This document shows positions 40,756 to 50,644 of a stretch of 64,000 nt of DNA, in pieces. The DNA comes from a virus. The stretch spans positions 29,958-93,957 of IMG/VR virus record IMGVR_UViG_3300002143_000153; one strand, given 5' to 3'. Both the position numbers and the translations under genes were made by a program. The notes under the pieces are model-generated. The model worked only from the letters and a program-made list of their open reading frames with translations, was not told the origin of the DNA and ran no database searches. Each line of letters starts with the position of its first letter. The first letter of the stretch is position 1.

Positions 40756-41712
40756 TTATCTACGTTGTTCTGTTGCGGGAGTAGCCATTTCAGCAATCTC
40801 CATTTTTTCAAAATAAGCTTTAAAAAAGCTCATTCTAGTATCACCATTACGGGCTTTAAGAAAATGAAGGCACAACGTTTTATCATCTTCTATAATATAT
40901 CTATCAGGGCCGTATAATCTAATCTTTTGCTTTGCTGGTCTGTTGATACCTATTAAAGTATCAGCGTGTTGTAGCATGGCATCTGAACCAAATATATCAG
41001 ACTCTAATATATAATTACCGTATTTACCGTCTACTGCTCTATCCGGGTTATCAATATTTCTATTGAGTTGAGATAATGCAATAAACATAACTGGATATTC
41101 ACGCTTTGTTTGTGTAAAAAACTCACCTAACTCAAACATCATATCTAATGTGTTATTTTGATAGGGTGCTCTTTTAACAAGCATTGTGTGATCTAGTGTT
41201 ACAATTGTTTTTTTACCTTTATGTAAATTCATGTACATGTCTATTTGTTCACGCATTTGATTTACAGTCTGAGGTCTACTTACAATGTCTACAGGATACT
41301 TTACTCTTTCTTTAGCATATTCGTGGCATTTATTAATTATGTCTGCGGTTAATACACTACCAGCACTACATAATTCTTTATATGTCTTGCCTGTAAATGA
41401 TGAAAACTCACGTAATGCTGATGTTCTACCAACCATCTCAAATTGAAACTCTAGTACTCTAAAGTCATCATTAGGATTTAAAGAAAAAGATTCTCTTACA
41501 ATTTGATCTTTAATAAGAGTCTTACCTGAACCTGGACGGCCCCCTATAACAGTTAATGTATTCCATTCTAAACCATCAGTGGTAGCATCATTAAACTTTG
41601 GCCATGGTGTATAAATAGACTTTTCTAGACCTTTAGATCTATTAACCATATATTTAAGAGCATCGTTAAATGCTGCATATTGACCAATCCAAGATTCTTC
41701 TGTTTTACTCAT
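40756..41712 (-). CDS. dnaB: DnaB-like replicative helicase (C-terminal domain only)
   Basis: GGRPGSGKT, FEM, LDH, LSQLNR, SDAMLQHAD, KARNG. Confidence 0.88.
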   Translation of the reverse strand: MSKTEESWIGQYAAFNDALKYMVNRSKGLEKSIYTPWPKFNDATTDGLEWNTLTVIGGRPGSGKTLIKDQIVRESFSLNPNDDFRVLEFQFEMVGRTSALREFSSFTGKTYKELCSAGSVLTADIINKCHEYAKERVKYPVDIVSRPQTVNQMREQIDMYMNLHKGKKTIVTLDHTMLVKRAPYQNNTLDMMFELGEFFTQTKREYPVMFIALSQLNRNIDNPDRAVDGKYGNYILESDIFGSDAMLQHADTLIGINRPAKQKIRLYGPDRYIIEDDKTLCLHFLKARNGDTRMSFFKAYFEKMEIAEMATPATEQRR

Positions 41713-42101
41713 TTTTGTTTTGGTTTAATAATTTTAAATACTTCATAAGACTCTAATTCAGCCCATGTTATTATCTCTTCTTCTTTATTTACATCATAGT
41801 CATGTAGTGCAAATGACATGTGCATCATCTCATGCATAATTAAGCCAAAGGTGTGCAAATCATCTGTGCATCTTGATAAATTGATAAATACAAATCTTGG
41901 GTTACTATCAGTGTAGTTATCCGATTCTTTAGGAATGAAGTTACACAACCCTGCTATGTATGAGGATTCTGTAGTGTTCTCATGTTCAATGCAATCTATC
42001 ATATTAAGACCATGCATCTCGTCTACATTATAATAAGTAAATACGTCACAAGGGTTGTAACTCAATAAAAGTATATATGCTCCTCTAATTATTGTAATCA
42101 T
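41709..42101 (-). CDS. Small zincin-like metallopeptidase
   Basis: HEMMH...EEE motif. Confidence 0.6.
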   Translation of the reverse strand: MITIIRGAYILLLSYNPCDVFTYYNVDEMHGLNMIDCIEHENTTESSYIAGLCNFIPKESDNYTDSNPRFVFINLSRCTDDLHTFGLIMHEMMHMSFALHDYDVNKEEEIITWAELESYEVFKIIKPKQK

Positions 42102-42304
42102 TTTATTTTAACATTATGTAATTCTTCATGATATTCTTTCCACATTGCTGTAGGTAATCTATAGTACTCAGGATCATTTGGAATACTAACTTCACCCGAA
42201 TCATAATAATTAAATGCGGGATGATAATCAGGATTTTCTTTAAACCAAAGAGCAGATGCTTCTTTAATTTTAGAATACCATTCTTCTTTTCTTTCTTGTG
42301 TCAT
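42098..42304 (-). CDS. Hypothetical protein
   Basis: ORF track, overlapping start/stop. Confidence 0.55.
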   Translation of the reverse strand: MTQERKEEWYSKIKEASALWFKENPDYHPAFNYYDSGEVSIPNDPEYYRLPTAMWKEYHEELHNVKIK

Positions 42305-42909
42305 ACTACTTTTTCTTTAAAACTGTGTACTTCTAAATTTACTCCCTCAATTACCATGTCACAATAGTCTGCTAATTTACTATTTTTTACCTTATGTTTA
42401 TCCTGTTTTGCTATAAAATATTGACTTGTAACCATATATAAATAGTTCGTGCTTCTATATTCATTAACATACATTCTAGTGGCATTCAGTACCTGATCCC
42501 ATGTATAATTATAATTTTCAAAAAACCATCTAAATGATTCATTTAACGCCTTAATATTTTGTTTAGCTGGTACACCTGATGGCAATTTACCTGATGGAAA
42601 AACATTTCTGTACTCTTGTATCTTCTCAGAAAACTCTTTACCCATCAATTGAGCATTGGTTTTCTTCTTTGCTTTAGTAAAATAATTATCCAATTCTTCT
42701 ATAAGGTTTAAACCTTTAGTTGTTATTGTATATCTTTTATTTTCATTTAACTCAATAAAGTTTTCTTTTACTAAATGAGATACATCTTCTTTAGTTCTTT
42801 CAACTGTAGAATTCATTGGAACTTGTATTTTTTCATACATTCCATACATCAAAAACAATTGATTTGGTGATATATTAGCTTTTGATATTTTATTTATTAT
42901 TTCCCACAT
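42301..42909 (-). CDS. Winged-helix / replication-initiator-like protein
   Basis: LVKENFI...YTITTKG wHTH wing; FP...LPSG...YTWDQVLNAT..YV C-domain; upstream of the helicase. Confidence 0.5.
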   Translation of the reverse strand: MWEIINKISKANISPNQLFLMYGMYEKIQVPMNSTVERTKEDVSHLVKENFIELNENKRYTITTKGLNLIEELDNYFTKAKKKTNAQLMGKEFSEKIQEYRNVFPSGKLPSGVPAKQNIKALNESFRWFFENYNYTWDQVLNATRMYVNEYRSTNYLYMVTSQYFIAKQDKHKVKNSKLADYCDMVIEGVNLEVHSFKEKVV

Positions 42910-42937
42910 ATTATATTGTTACAAATTTAATTTTAAG

Positions 42938-43636
42938 TTACCACTTGATTGAAGTTTTACCTTGATTTTGGAGTATGTTATTCACATTGTTGAAAACATT
43001 TTTGTCATCCCAAACACCACCTTTATAAGCTGCTGCAGCCGGATGTTCAACTTCAAATATAATATGATTTGTAATTAATTTCTTCCACTCTTGCGCCTTT
43101 TTACCAAGTAAAACCACAACTAATTGTGAATCATGCTGGTTAAGTTGAGTTAAAAGATGTGTTGTGAAGTAATGCCAAAGACTATAGTGACTACCAATCT
43201 TGTTTATCTCTACAGTCAAAGCTGTATTAAGCATTAAAACACCTTGGTTAGACCATCTACTTAAATCACAATCTTTATTATAACCAGGATAATGTTTTTC
43301 TAGGGCATTAAAAATATGTCTAAGTGAAGGTTGTGCAGTCATTGTTTTACTACAGGAGAAAGATATACCATCAGCAACTCCAATTTGAGGATAAGGATCC
43401 TGACCAATGAAAATTACATTTAAGTTTTCATATTTACACTCTGTAAATGCATTAAACCAATCAGACATTTTAGGTGTAAACCTTCTATCTTCTTGTACAA
43501 AGTCAACCAACTTATTTAATGTAGAGTAAAATTTCTCTGATTCTATATATGGATAAAGAATGGGTTCCCACCCAGATCCAACTAATTTATTTTTAATTTC
43601 CTGTATTTTTTCAGGAAGATTTATTGTTTCTTGCAT
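42938..43636 (-). CDS. ung: Uracil-DNA glycosylase (family 1)
   Basis: GQDPYP, GISFS, QPSL, QGVLMLNTALTV, HP motifs. Confidence 0.93.
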   Translation of the reverse strand: MQETINLPEKIQEIKNKLVGSGWEPILYPYIESEKFYSTLNKLVDFVQEDRRFTPKMSDWFNAFTECKYENLNVIFIGQDPYPQIGVADGISFSCSKTMTAQPSLRHIFNALEKHYPGYNKDCDLSRWSNQGVLMLNTALTVEINKIGSHYSLWHYFTTHLLTQLNQHDSQLVVVLLGKKAQEWKKLITNHIIFEVEHPAAAAYKGGVWDDKNVFNNVNNILQNQGKTSIKW

Positions 43637-43656
43637 ATTTATTTTATATTTGTATT

Positions 43657-44082
43657 ATGTCAAATTACCTAGAAGCAACTAATACATATGATTTAACTAA
43701 AAATATTAAAGATATAGAAGTTAATACAGGTTTTATACTTGGTTTAGATGCTATATTAATGTATTATATAACTAATATTATAAAAGATCCATCTACACTT
43801 GCTGCAACATTCAAAAAGTTTGAAGTTATTCTTAGTGGTAAAATGGATGAAACTAATCCTGTTGTTTTAGATCATATTGAAAGACAAGTTTATACTTTAT
43901 TTGCTTTACAACAATTGTTTAAAGCTAAAGCTAAAGAACAAAATCTTGAAGTTCCTATGGAATCTAAAGTTACTAAAGATGATATTACTGAATATTTAAA
44001 ATCTATAATGGAAGATGATGAAGTTGCCGCTGCAGAAAAGTTAACGCAAATTGAAGCATTAATTTCTCAAAAATCATCTTAG
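43657..44082 (+). CDS. Hypothetical protein, lone plus-strand gene in the minus-strand block
   Basis: ATG at 43657 directly after TATATTTG (43645-43652). Confidence 0.65.
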   Translation: MSNYLEATNTYDLTKNIKDIEVNTGFILGLDAILMYYITNIIKDPSTLAATFKKFEVILSGKMDETNPVVLDHIERQVYTLFALQQLFKAKAKEQNLEVPMESKVTKDDITEYLKSIMEDDEVAAAEKLTQIEALISQKSS

Positions 44083-44457
44083 ATTCATATTACTAAAATC
44101 TCCTATTTCAATACATGCTTGTATAGCTAGGTTTAAATCTTCTTTATCACAATCAGCAAAAGACTTGCAGTATTCTTTATCATCTTGGATGAAACAGAGT
44201 CCTGCTTTTTTTTTGACATATAATTTTACTTCATCAAATGTATAACCAATTTCATTGGCCAGTTCTCTACACATAGCATGTATTCTTGCTAACTGTGCAT
44301 TAGAAGCTTTACCATCAGATACACTTATAAATATTTCAACACGGGCTCCTTCTGGTGCTTCAGCTAAAAAATTATCATGTTTGGATTGATTTGCTTTGCT
44401 AGGATAAATAATCTTACCATTCTCAATCACACCATTTAATACTACATTGTTTTTCAT
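44074..44457 (-). CDS. NinB-like protein
   Basis: SNAQLARIHAMCRELANEIGYTFDEVK...KSFADC pattern. Confidence 0.6.
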   Translation of the reverse strand: MKNNVVLNGVIENGKIIYPSKANQSKHDNFLAEAPEGARVEIFISVSDGKASNAQLARIHAMCRELANEIGYTFDEVKLYVKKKAGLCFIQDDKEYCKSFADCDKEDLNLAIQACIEIGDFSNMNLR

Positions 44458-44520
44458 ATTGACATTGTAATGTATGATCCGGGTTGTTCATCACCCGGAT
44501 CAGATACTATTATTTCTATT

Positions 44521-44910
44521 TCATTCATGATTTTTTACTTTTACTATTTCTATTAATTTTTTAAGACAAGCAAGTTCTGCTTCTTCATAGGTACTATACT
44601 CTTTTAAACTTATAATCAAATTATGCATTTTAGATGAAGCATCTTTTTTATACTCTTCATTAGTTTTATAATAAGCTACACTGTATTCAGTATATAATCT
44701 TTCAATCCAGCTGCATATACCATGCTTCTCTCTAAACCATCTAAATGCTTGTTGGTATAGTGGTGCTTTAGTTAAGTTCTTATCATCAGTTCTAGGTTTA
44801 TATTTAAAAAAGTGAGAACCATTATAGTTGTAGTATCCAAAACAAGGTTCATCAAATCCTAATTCTTTTAAAGCTAATGCTTGTTCGTATGGTATAAATT
44901 CTCTGTTCAT
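44521..44910 (-). CDS. Conserved Bacteroidota-phage hypothetical protein
   Basis: FIPYEQALALKELGFDEPC...APLYQQAFRWFREKH...TYEEAELACLKKLIEI. Confidence 0.7.
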   Translation of the reverse strand: MNREFIPYEQALALKELGFDEPCFGYYNYNGSHFFKYKPRTDDKNLTKAPLYQQAFRWFREKHGICSWIERLYTEYSVAYYKTNEEYKKDASSKMHNLIISLKEYSTYEEAELACLKKLIEIVKVKNHE

Positions 44911-44914
44911 ATTA

Positions 44915-45067
44915 TTATTTAAATCTTAAAGCATTATCTATTTTTATAAACTCTTGACCACAACCATCACAAATTATATCAGTGTCAGTTGTATTCAATG
45001 TAAAGTTAAAACAATTTGGGCAAGGTTGCTCAGAAATTTGTTTTACTTTTAATATTAATTTTTTCAT
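44915..45067 (-). CDS. 50-aa zinc-ribbon protein (not in ORF track)
   Basis: CPNC...CDGC. Confidence 0.6.
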   Translation of the reverse strand: MKKLILKVKQISEQPCPNCFNFTLNTTDTDIICDGCGQEFIKIDNALRFK

Positions 45068-45069
45068 TT

Positions 45070-46167
45070 TTAATTTGTTAAAGGGTTATAATATTTAATT
45101 TTATTTTGATCAAAACCTTTTAGTGAATCAGCAATCCATTTTTCATCTATTGTGTCTATATAGCATAATATATGACAGGTTGCTGTATCATTAGGGTTTA
45201 GTCTTAATAATCTACCGATTCTCTGGGAAGTCTTTCTCTCATTACCATAAGCATGCATGATGATTCCTTGTTTTAGATTGGGTATTGTAACACCTTCACT
45301 TAACTGTAAAACACATGACATTTTAGTAATCCTACCATCAGCAAATAAATCAAAATTTTCTTGTGATTTAGGATTGTTTGAGTGATAACTATGATTACAC
45401 ATTCTATCTGCTTGATCTTGCGTATTTGCAAAAACAATGCATTTAGAACTAATCTTATTCATAATTGATTCCACATAATCTTCTTTGGTTCCATAATCCA
45501 TTAAAGATCTCATTCTCATAATAGAAGCAAACTGCATTTGCTTTTGTGTTTGAGCCTCAGCAATTCTTCTACTACAATATTGATAATCCTTTAATTCAGA
45601 TGTAAACCAATGACCTCCATCTTTCTTTTTCTTTTTTAAGTTATTTCTTCCGTCTAACTCTAGTTGATGCACAATAATTTTATAATTATTAAGAATATTA
45701 TTATCGGTTGCTTCATCTACAGAAAAGTCATATACAATAGGACAGTATTTTTTAACCATTCTATATTTCTCCGTTCCTTGACGTACTGGTGGTGTACCGG
45801 TTAAACCTAATATCTTACCGTGATAGTTAGATAAAAAAGCTTCATGATTATTTAGTAAACTATGGCACTCATCCAGGTAAACTATTTGATAGTCTTTTGG
45901 ATCATGTTTGTTTATAGATAAATATGTAGTAAAGGTTAAATGATTTGCAAGATCTCCAGAATTCATTTTTTCTAATTCTGCAATCCATGATTCTTTAATT
46001 GATAGTTTTGGTATTACCACCAATGCTTTTATAAAAGGATCATAATGTTTTTGAAAATGTTGTATAGCAATACGTGTTTTTCCTAACCCCATGCTAATAC
46101 CTAAACCGCATCTTTTATGTTTTAATACAATATCCAGGGCTTCTTTTTGTACATTTTCTCTATTCAT
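45070..46167 (-). CDS. Superfamily 2 DExH helicase
   Basis: GLGKT, DECH, TGTP, QRIGRLLR. Confidence 0.9.
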   Translation of the reverse strand: MNRENVQKEALDIVLKHKRCGLGISMGLGKTRIAIQHFQKHYDPFIKALVVIPKLSIKESWIAELEKMNSGDLANHLTFTTYLSINKHDPKDYQIVYLDECHSLLNNHEAFLSNYHGKILGLTGTPPVRQGTEKYRMVKKYCPIVYDFSVDEATDNNILNNYKIIVHQLELDGRNNLKKKKKDGGHWFTSELKDYQYCSRRIAEAQTQKQMQFASIMRMRSLMDYGTKEDYVESIMNKISSKCIVFANTQDQADRMCNHSYHSNNPKSQENFDLFADGRITKMSCVLQLSEGVTIPNLKQGIIMHAYGNERKTSQRIGRLLRLNPNDTATCHILCYIDTIDEKWIADSLKGFDQNKIKYYNPLTN

Positions 46168-46636
46168 TTGTTTCTTTTATAGTAATTATGATTTCATCCA
46201 AGGAATGTTTAACATTGTTTAATATCTCTTTTTCCATTTTGTAAAAGGTCAAATGTAATTTATCATTAAACTTTCTTTTAAGATTAAAAAATTGTTTTCC
46301 TGATATTGGTACATCATAAGCATAAATATGGTTAACTAACTGTATTTTATTTTCATGAATAACAACAAAGTAATCTCCATTATGAATGTATCTCTTATGA
46401 GTTACAGGGCACATTGATAATTCACTTTTTTCTTGTTTAATAAGGTATGATGCTATAGACAAAATTTTTAAATCATTTTCTAGCAATGGTTGTTTATTAT
46501 AATTTGGTATCAAAAGACCTTTTTTATAAAAAATATATTTTTGTAATAGGTTTCTTTTAAAATTGTGTATCTCTAATTTAATTGATTTTAACATTTTTTT
46601 AATTGTAAGATTGTTTTTTTGTGCTTTTCCAATCAA
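46160..46636 (-). CDS. Hypothetical protein
   Basis: ORF track; start uncertain (possibly 46594). Confidence 0.55.
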   Translation of the reverse strand: MIGKAQKNNLTIKKMLKSIKLEIHNFKRNLLQKYIFYKKGLLIPNYNKQPLLENDLKILSIASYLIKQEKSELSMCPVTHKRYIHNGDYFVVIHENKIQLVNHIYAYDVPISGKQFFNLKRKFNDKLHLTFYKMEKEILNNVKHSLDEIIITIKETNE

Positions 46637-46802
46637 TTGGAATATAAGCCATGCTTAATTTTATAGTGTCACCAACTTCATATTTTTGTTTAGTGTACAT
46701 AGTAAGAGTATAATTTTCATTAGATGTATCTTCTACAAGATAAGAGTAACCATTATTCCCGGTTAACACTTCACAACACATTATTATTAGTATTTTGATC
46801 AT
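46599..46802 (-). CDS. Hypothetical protein
   Basis: Probable start MIKILII within the 46599-46859 ORF; YEVGDTI motif. Confidence 0.45.
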   Translation of the reverse strand: MIKILIIMCCEVLTGNNGYSYLVEDTSNENYTLTMYTKQKYEVGDTIKLSMAYIPIDWKSTKKQSYN

Positions 46803-46803
46803 T

Positions 46804-47175
46804 TTATTTATTTTTAAATTGTTCAAACCAATAATCTCTTGCTGCATCTGATTTAGCACCTTGAATGAAGTCTTTATAGTATCTGTTATTGTTATCTTCT
46901 GCTATGTATTTTTCAGCAGCTTCTTCAATTGTTTCTGTGTAGGTTTGTATTCCTATATTCATATCTGCATTTGATTTGGTAGAGTTAATGTTCAATGTAT
47001 TCCATTTTAGTTCTTCCGTACTCCAATCTATAACATTTTTAAGTATTTTAACTTTATTCTCCCTAGATAAGTCGTGATATGTATTCCATATTCTAAATAC
47101 TTCTATTCCAAGACCCTTTTCTACTTCACCATGAAGCGTGGTATAATTTTCGGTTTCAATTAGTTTATTTTTCAT
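46804..47175 (-). CDS. Hypothetical protein with ETIEEAAEKY...FIQGAK module
   Basis: ORF track. Confidence 0.55.
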   Translation of the reverse strand: MKNKLIETENYTTLHGEVEKGLGIEVFRIWNTYHDLSRENKVKILKNVIDWSTEELKWNTLNINSTKSNADMNIGIQTYTETIEEAAEKYIAEDNNNRYYKDFIQGAKSDAARDYWFEQFKNK

Positions 47176-47227
47176 CTTACTTCTTTTTAAATTATTTGAG
47201 TTGCGTCTCCACTAATATTAGCAGTAA

Positions 47228-47482
47228 TCATTCAGACAGTACATACCTTAACATTTTTTCACCTTGATAAATTTCAACACCTTTGAAAACCAAAGTTTTG
47301 TTTGCAATCAATTGCTCTACTACTCTATATCTTATATATTTCTCACCAAACAAAAAACGACCAGATGAAGGCTTAAACCATACTGAATGCCAAAATGGTG
47401 AAGGTATGTAGTCATTTTCTTCTGTTAATTCCGCCTTAATTGAAGCAACTAAATCCCGTTGTTGCTTTTTTATTTCTGTCAT
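47228..47482 (-). CDS. Hypothetical protein
   Basis: ORF track. Confidence 0.55.
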   Translation of the reverse strand: MTEIKKQQRDLVASIKAELTEENDYIPSPFWHSVWFKPSSGRFLFGEKYIRYRVVEQLIANKTLVFKGVEIYQGEKMLRYVLSE

Positions 47483-47485
47483 TTA

Positions 47486-47800
47486 TTATTTATATTTTTG
47501 TTTAACCTTTTCTCTTAAAATACTAATAAAAGTATTAGCATAAAGCTTTTTTGGTTCTTGCCATAATATTTCATAATCAATATATTCAAATGATTCATGA
47601 TTACTAGATTCAGCTTTTAACATTTGTTTAATAGTTTCTATACAAGATTCTTCTTCATTTGTCAAAAGATCAACATCCATATTTACTGAGAATTTAAATC
47701 TACCTTTATTTTTCCAGTGCTGTGGACATTCACCTTTACCGTCCCAGTCTTGGGCTCCATAATTTTCTTTATATTTTGTATTTATAATAACTATATTCAT
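47486..47800 (-). CDS. Conserved phage protein
   Basis: ENYGAQDWDGKGECPQHWKNKG motif. Confidence 0.7.
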   Translation of the reverse strand: MNIVIINTKYKENYGAQDWDGKGECPQHWKNKGRFKFSVNMDVDLLTNEEESCIETIKQMLKAESSNHESFEYIDYEILWQEPKKLYANTFISILREKVKQKYK

Positions 47801-47804
47801 ATTC

Positions 47805-48014
47805 TTATTGTTTTATGTATTTTCTAATAAACTTAGTTTCTCTTTTGTTGAGTTTAATAATATATAAAGAACCTTTTTTGGTTCTATAAACTTGGTATCT
47901 TTGATTATTATCATAGTGCCATTGTTCTGTATAAGAATACTCTTTTATTCTTTCATCAACAACAGCACATGATATCAAAAACACACTAAAAAACAAAATT
48001 ATAATAATTTTCAT
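47805..48014 (-). CDS. Small lipoprotein
   Basis: MKIIIILFFSVFLISC signal peptide with lipobox. Confidence 0.6.
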   Translation of the reverse strand: MKIIIILFFSVFLISCAVVDERIKEYSYTEQWHYDNNQRYQVYRTKKGSLYIIKLNKRETKFIRKYIKQ

Positions 48015-48203
48015 TTATTTAATTATTTTAGCTTCTGGTACATCTTTTTTCATTTCTTTGATTTTATTAATCAAATACCTGGATTTACAACACAAAGCTA
48101 CACAGGCTTCTTTTTGTGTTTTATACTTTTTTAATGCTTTTGTTATAAGCAATCTTTTATTAAATTCTATGTTAAGATTTTCTTCCATTTTATATTCTTT
48201 CAT
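48015..48203 (-). CDS. Fis-like HTH protein
   Basis: LLITKALKKYKTQKEACVAL...RYLINKIKE. Confidence 0.55.
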   Translation of the reverse strand: MKEYKMEENLNIEFNKRLLITKALKKYKTQKEACVALCCKSRYLINKIKEMKKDVPEAKIIK

Positions 48204-48594
48204 CAGAAAATCCTAGTTCAATTGCTTCATCTGGATGTTCTTCTATATACATGTGACAATTTCTACATACAGATAACCATGTAGATACTACTAAATGATA
48301 TTTACCTCTACCTTTTTTGTGATGTACATCTGTTGATGAAATATTACAACCGGGTAAAGCAGCCTCACACATAGGTTTATCACTCATAAACTTTACTCTA
48401 AGGACACTATAAGCACTGTCTAAGGCTAACATTGTTTTAGATTTAAAGTTTATAGGTTTAACTTTTAATGGTTTAGCTGTAGATTCTTTTGATTTGTACC
48501 AGCAACTTTTGCAATACCGGTTGCCTTTATCATTCTTCCAGATAAATTGATCGGTATTGCAATTGTTACATAGTTTTTTCTTTTTCTCTATCAT
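48190..48594 (-). CDS. HNH-like zinc-binding nuclease
   Basis: CxxC pairs; DVHHKKGRG...VCRNCH...H. Confidence 0.7.
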   Translation of the reverse strand: MIEKKKKLCNNCNTDQFIWKNDKGNRYCKSCWYKSKESTAKPLKVKPINFKSKTMLALDSAYSVLRVKFMSDKPMCEAALPGCNISSTDVHHKKGRGKYHLVVSTWLSVCRNCHMYIEEHPDEAIELGFSDERI

Positions 48595-49106
48595 TACTTG
48601 ATAGTCAAGAAGTTTTTAGGTAATAGTCCTTTATGCATGTAAAATAAAATTAGATCATCATAATTGATACCTAACTCTTTCAACGTCATAGTGTTAATGT
48701 AAGTAGGGTCAATATCATCAATAGGAAGTGAGTTCAAATATAAACCTGTATCAGTGCTTTTAAAAAAGCTAAAGATTTTCTGAGCATATTTGTTACATAT
48801 TACTTGTTTCCAAGCATTTACTTCACGTTGACCACGTTGCCAAACTTTTTTAATTCTTCTTTTCTTATCCCAATGCAAGTTCTCCAATTCTTCAGGAGTA
48901 TAAACTTTTAGGCCATGCAACACTCTTTTAAACATGATATGTTGTTGTGGATTAAGTTTAGTGTAATCTAAACGTTGTATGATATTAGCAGGTTGAGTTT
49001 GATATTCACTCAATATACCAAGATATTCATACCGTTCTTTGCGTTGTTTAAGAATTTCAATGTTTCTTTCTGTTTCTAAGATTTGTTTTTGATTGTTTGT
49101 GAGCAT
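48594..49106 (-). CDS. Conserved hypothetical protein
   Basis: ORF track. Confidence 0.6.
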   Translation of the reverse strand: MLTNNQKQILETERNIEILKQRKERYEYLGILSEYQTQPANIIQRLDYTKLNPQQHIMFKRVLHGLKVYTPEELENLHWDKKRRIKKVWQRGQREVNAWKQVICNKYAQKIFSFFKSTDTGLYLNSLPIDDIDPTYINTMTLKELGINYDDLILFYMHKGLLPKNFLTIK

Positions 49107-49183
49107 AATTTTGGTTTTTTATAACTTTAAGAAAAAAAAAGCTGATATTTCTACCAGCTCCTCCTAAACACATATGAACTTAT

Positions 49184-49780
49184 TTATAGTTCAAAAGTAG
49201 AATCTTCTAATTCTATTTCTTCAACTATTTCTTCAGTGAATTCTTCAGTGAATTCTTCAGAATTCTTTATTTCAGCAATAGAATCTTCAAGATCTACTTG
49301 CTTTGATATTGGTTTAACAATTTCTTTGTTTTTAAAAATGTTAAGTTTATCATCTATTTTACTGCTGTTTGCTTCACGGATTGCATCACCATTATCGTGA
49401 GATATCAATGTATCTTCTGCATTCATATCAGGAGTATACATTGTTTTCCTATAAATAGGTTGTCCGTCTTGGCAGCATATAATACCGGTATTACCTGCAA
49501 TTTTAAGATCTCTATCTGGATCCTTATCATTAAAAGGTGTTAATGATTCTTTAACTATGATTTTACCATTTAAATTTGTTTTGTTATGGAGATCCATTTC
49601 ACGTAGATCTTCTGTTTTACCATGTAACAATGTTGTTACTACTTTTCTGTTTACCCAACCGCTGTTGGTATAACTAACTCTATCTTGCTCTAGTCTAACA
49701 TGACCGAACTCCGGATTATTTTGAGACACACGGATTACATTCCCTAATTCATCAGGGGCAATTTGAACTTTGTTTTGCAT
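49184..49780 (-). CDS. Conserved hypothetical protein with acidic tail (possible ssDNA-binding)
   Basis: KIAGNTGIICCQDGQPIYRKT; C-terminal EDSTFEL. Confidence 0.6.
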   Translation of the reverse strand: MQNKVQIAPDELGNVIRVSQNNPEFGHVRLEQDRVSYTNSGWVNRKVVTTLLHGKTEDLREMDLHNKTNLNGKIIVKESLTPFNDKDPDRDLKIAGNTGIICCQDGQPIYRKTMYTPDMNAEDTLISHDNGDAIREANSSKIDDKLNIFKNKEIVKPISKQVDLEDSIAEIKNSEEFTEEFTEEIVEEIELEDSTFEL

Positions 49781-49809
49781 TTTTTTTTTGTTTTGTTTAA
49801 ATATTAATT

Positions 49810-50097
49810 TTAGATGTCATCTGAATAGAAACATTCATCATCATATTCCATTTTCTGTGCTGTATCAAAATTGATTAATTCAAATAGATCTGGTTCAAAC
49901 TCTTCATCTTCCATGAGTTCGTCAGCTAAGTCTTTATCAGTTTTAATATCAGAAAATAAATTATAAAATGGATTATTACATTCAAGACTGTATACAGACC
50001 CTATACCATTAAGCTCTTTAATATCATTATCATCCAGTTCTAGAAACTGTTCAAAAGATAATTCAATAATACGTCCATTTGATAGTTGATATATCAT
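49810..50097 (-). CDS. Acidic hypothetical protein
   Basis: Probable start MIYQLSNGRII; the upstream extension to 50193 looks non-coding. Confidence 0.6.
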   Translation of the reverse strand: MIYQLSNGRIIELSFEQFLELDDNDIKELNGIGSVYSLECNNPFYNLFSDIKTDKDLADELMEDEEFEPDLFELINFDTAQKMEYDDECFYSDDI

Positions 50098-50205
50098 ATT
50101 TACAATTAATATTAGTGTAAATGTAATGATATAAAATACCAAATTTGTCTGTACCAAGAGATTTAATGGGTTAGTCCTGTAAATAGTGAGCATATATATA
50201 GCTAA

Positions 50206-50460
50206 CTATTTTAGTATTAACTTTCTACCTACCCTTGTTATGTATTCTTTTTGCTTAAGTTCTTTAATTAATCTTTCTATTGTACTTCTAGACATGTTGC
50301 AATTATCTGCTAATGTGTTTACCGATGGGTAGCACATTCTATTTGTGTTTGCGTAAGTTGATAGTAAACTATAAAGTCCTTTAGCTTGGATACTTAATTC
50401 TGGGTCTTTTAAAACTATTTGATTAACAACACCAAATCTTTTAAGGGATAATGATGACAT
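50206..50460 (-). CDS. Helix-turn-helix (HTH_36-like) protein
   Basis: DPELSIQAKGLY...CYPSVNTLA...SRSTIERLIKELKQKEYI. Confidence 0.8.
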   Translation of the reverse strand: MSSLSLKRFGVVNQIVLKDPELSIQAKGLYSLLSTYANTNRMCYPSVNTLADNCNMSRSTIERLIKELKQKEYITRVGRKLILK

Positions 50461-50644
50461 GCTTATCTAATAGTATTCTTACAGCAGTAATAAAATATAG
50501 AGATTCTTCTAGTTCTTTATCTTTCATCACATACCTTTTATTCATATAATGACCAAATGTATTGGTCTGTCTAGAAAACATTCTCTTGATTGTCTTCCAG
50601 TCCTTGATCTCCTTCCGTAATAATTGTTTTGATACTTGTGCCAT
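50441..50644 (-). CDS. Hypothetical protein
   Basis: ORF track; overlaps the upstream ORF by about 74 nt. Confidence 0.5.
   Translation of the reverse strand: MAQVSKQLLRKEIKDWKTIKRMFSRQTNTFGHYMNKRYVMKDKELEESLYFITAVRILLDKHVIIIP

Noticed and set aside
49230-49262. 12-bp tandem repeat (EEFT x2)
   Set aside because: Simple slippage in an acidic tail.
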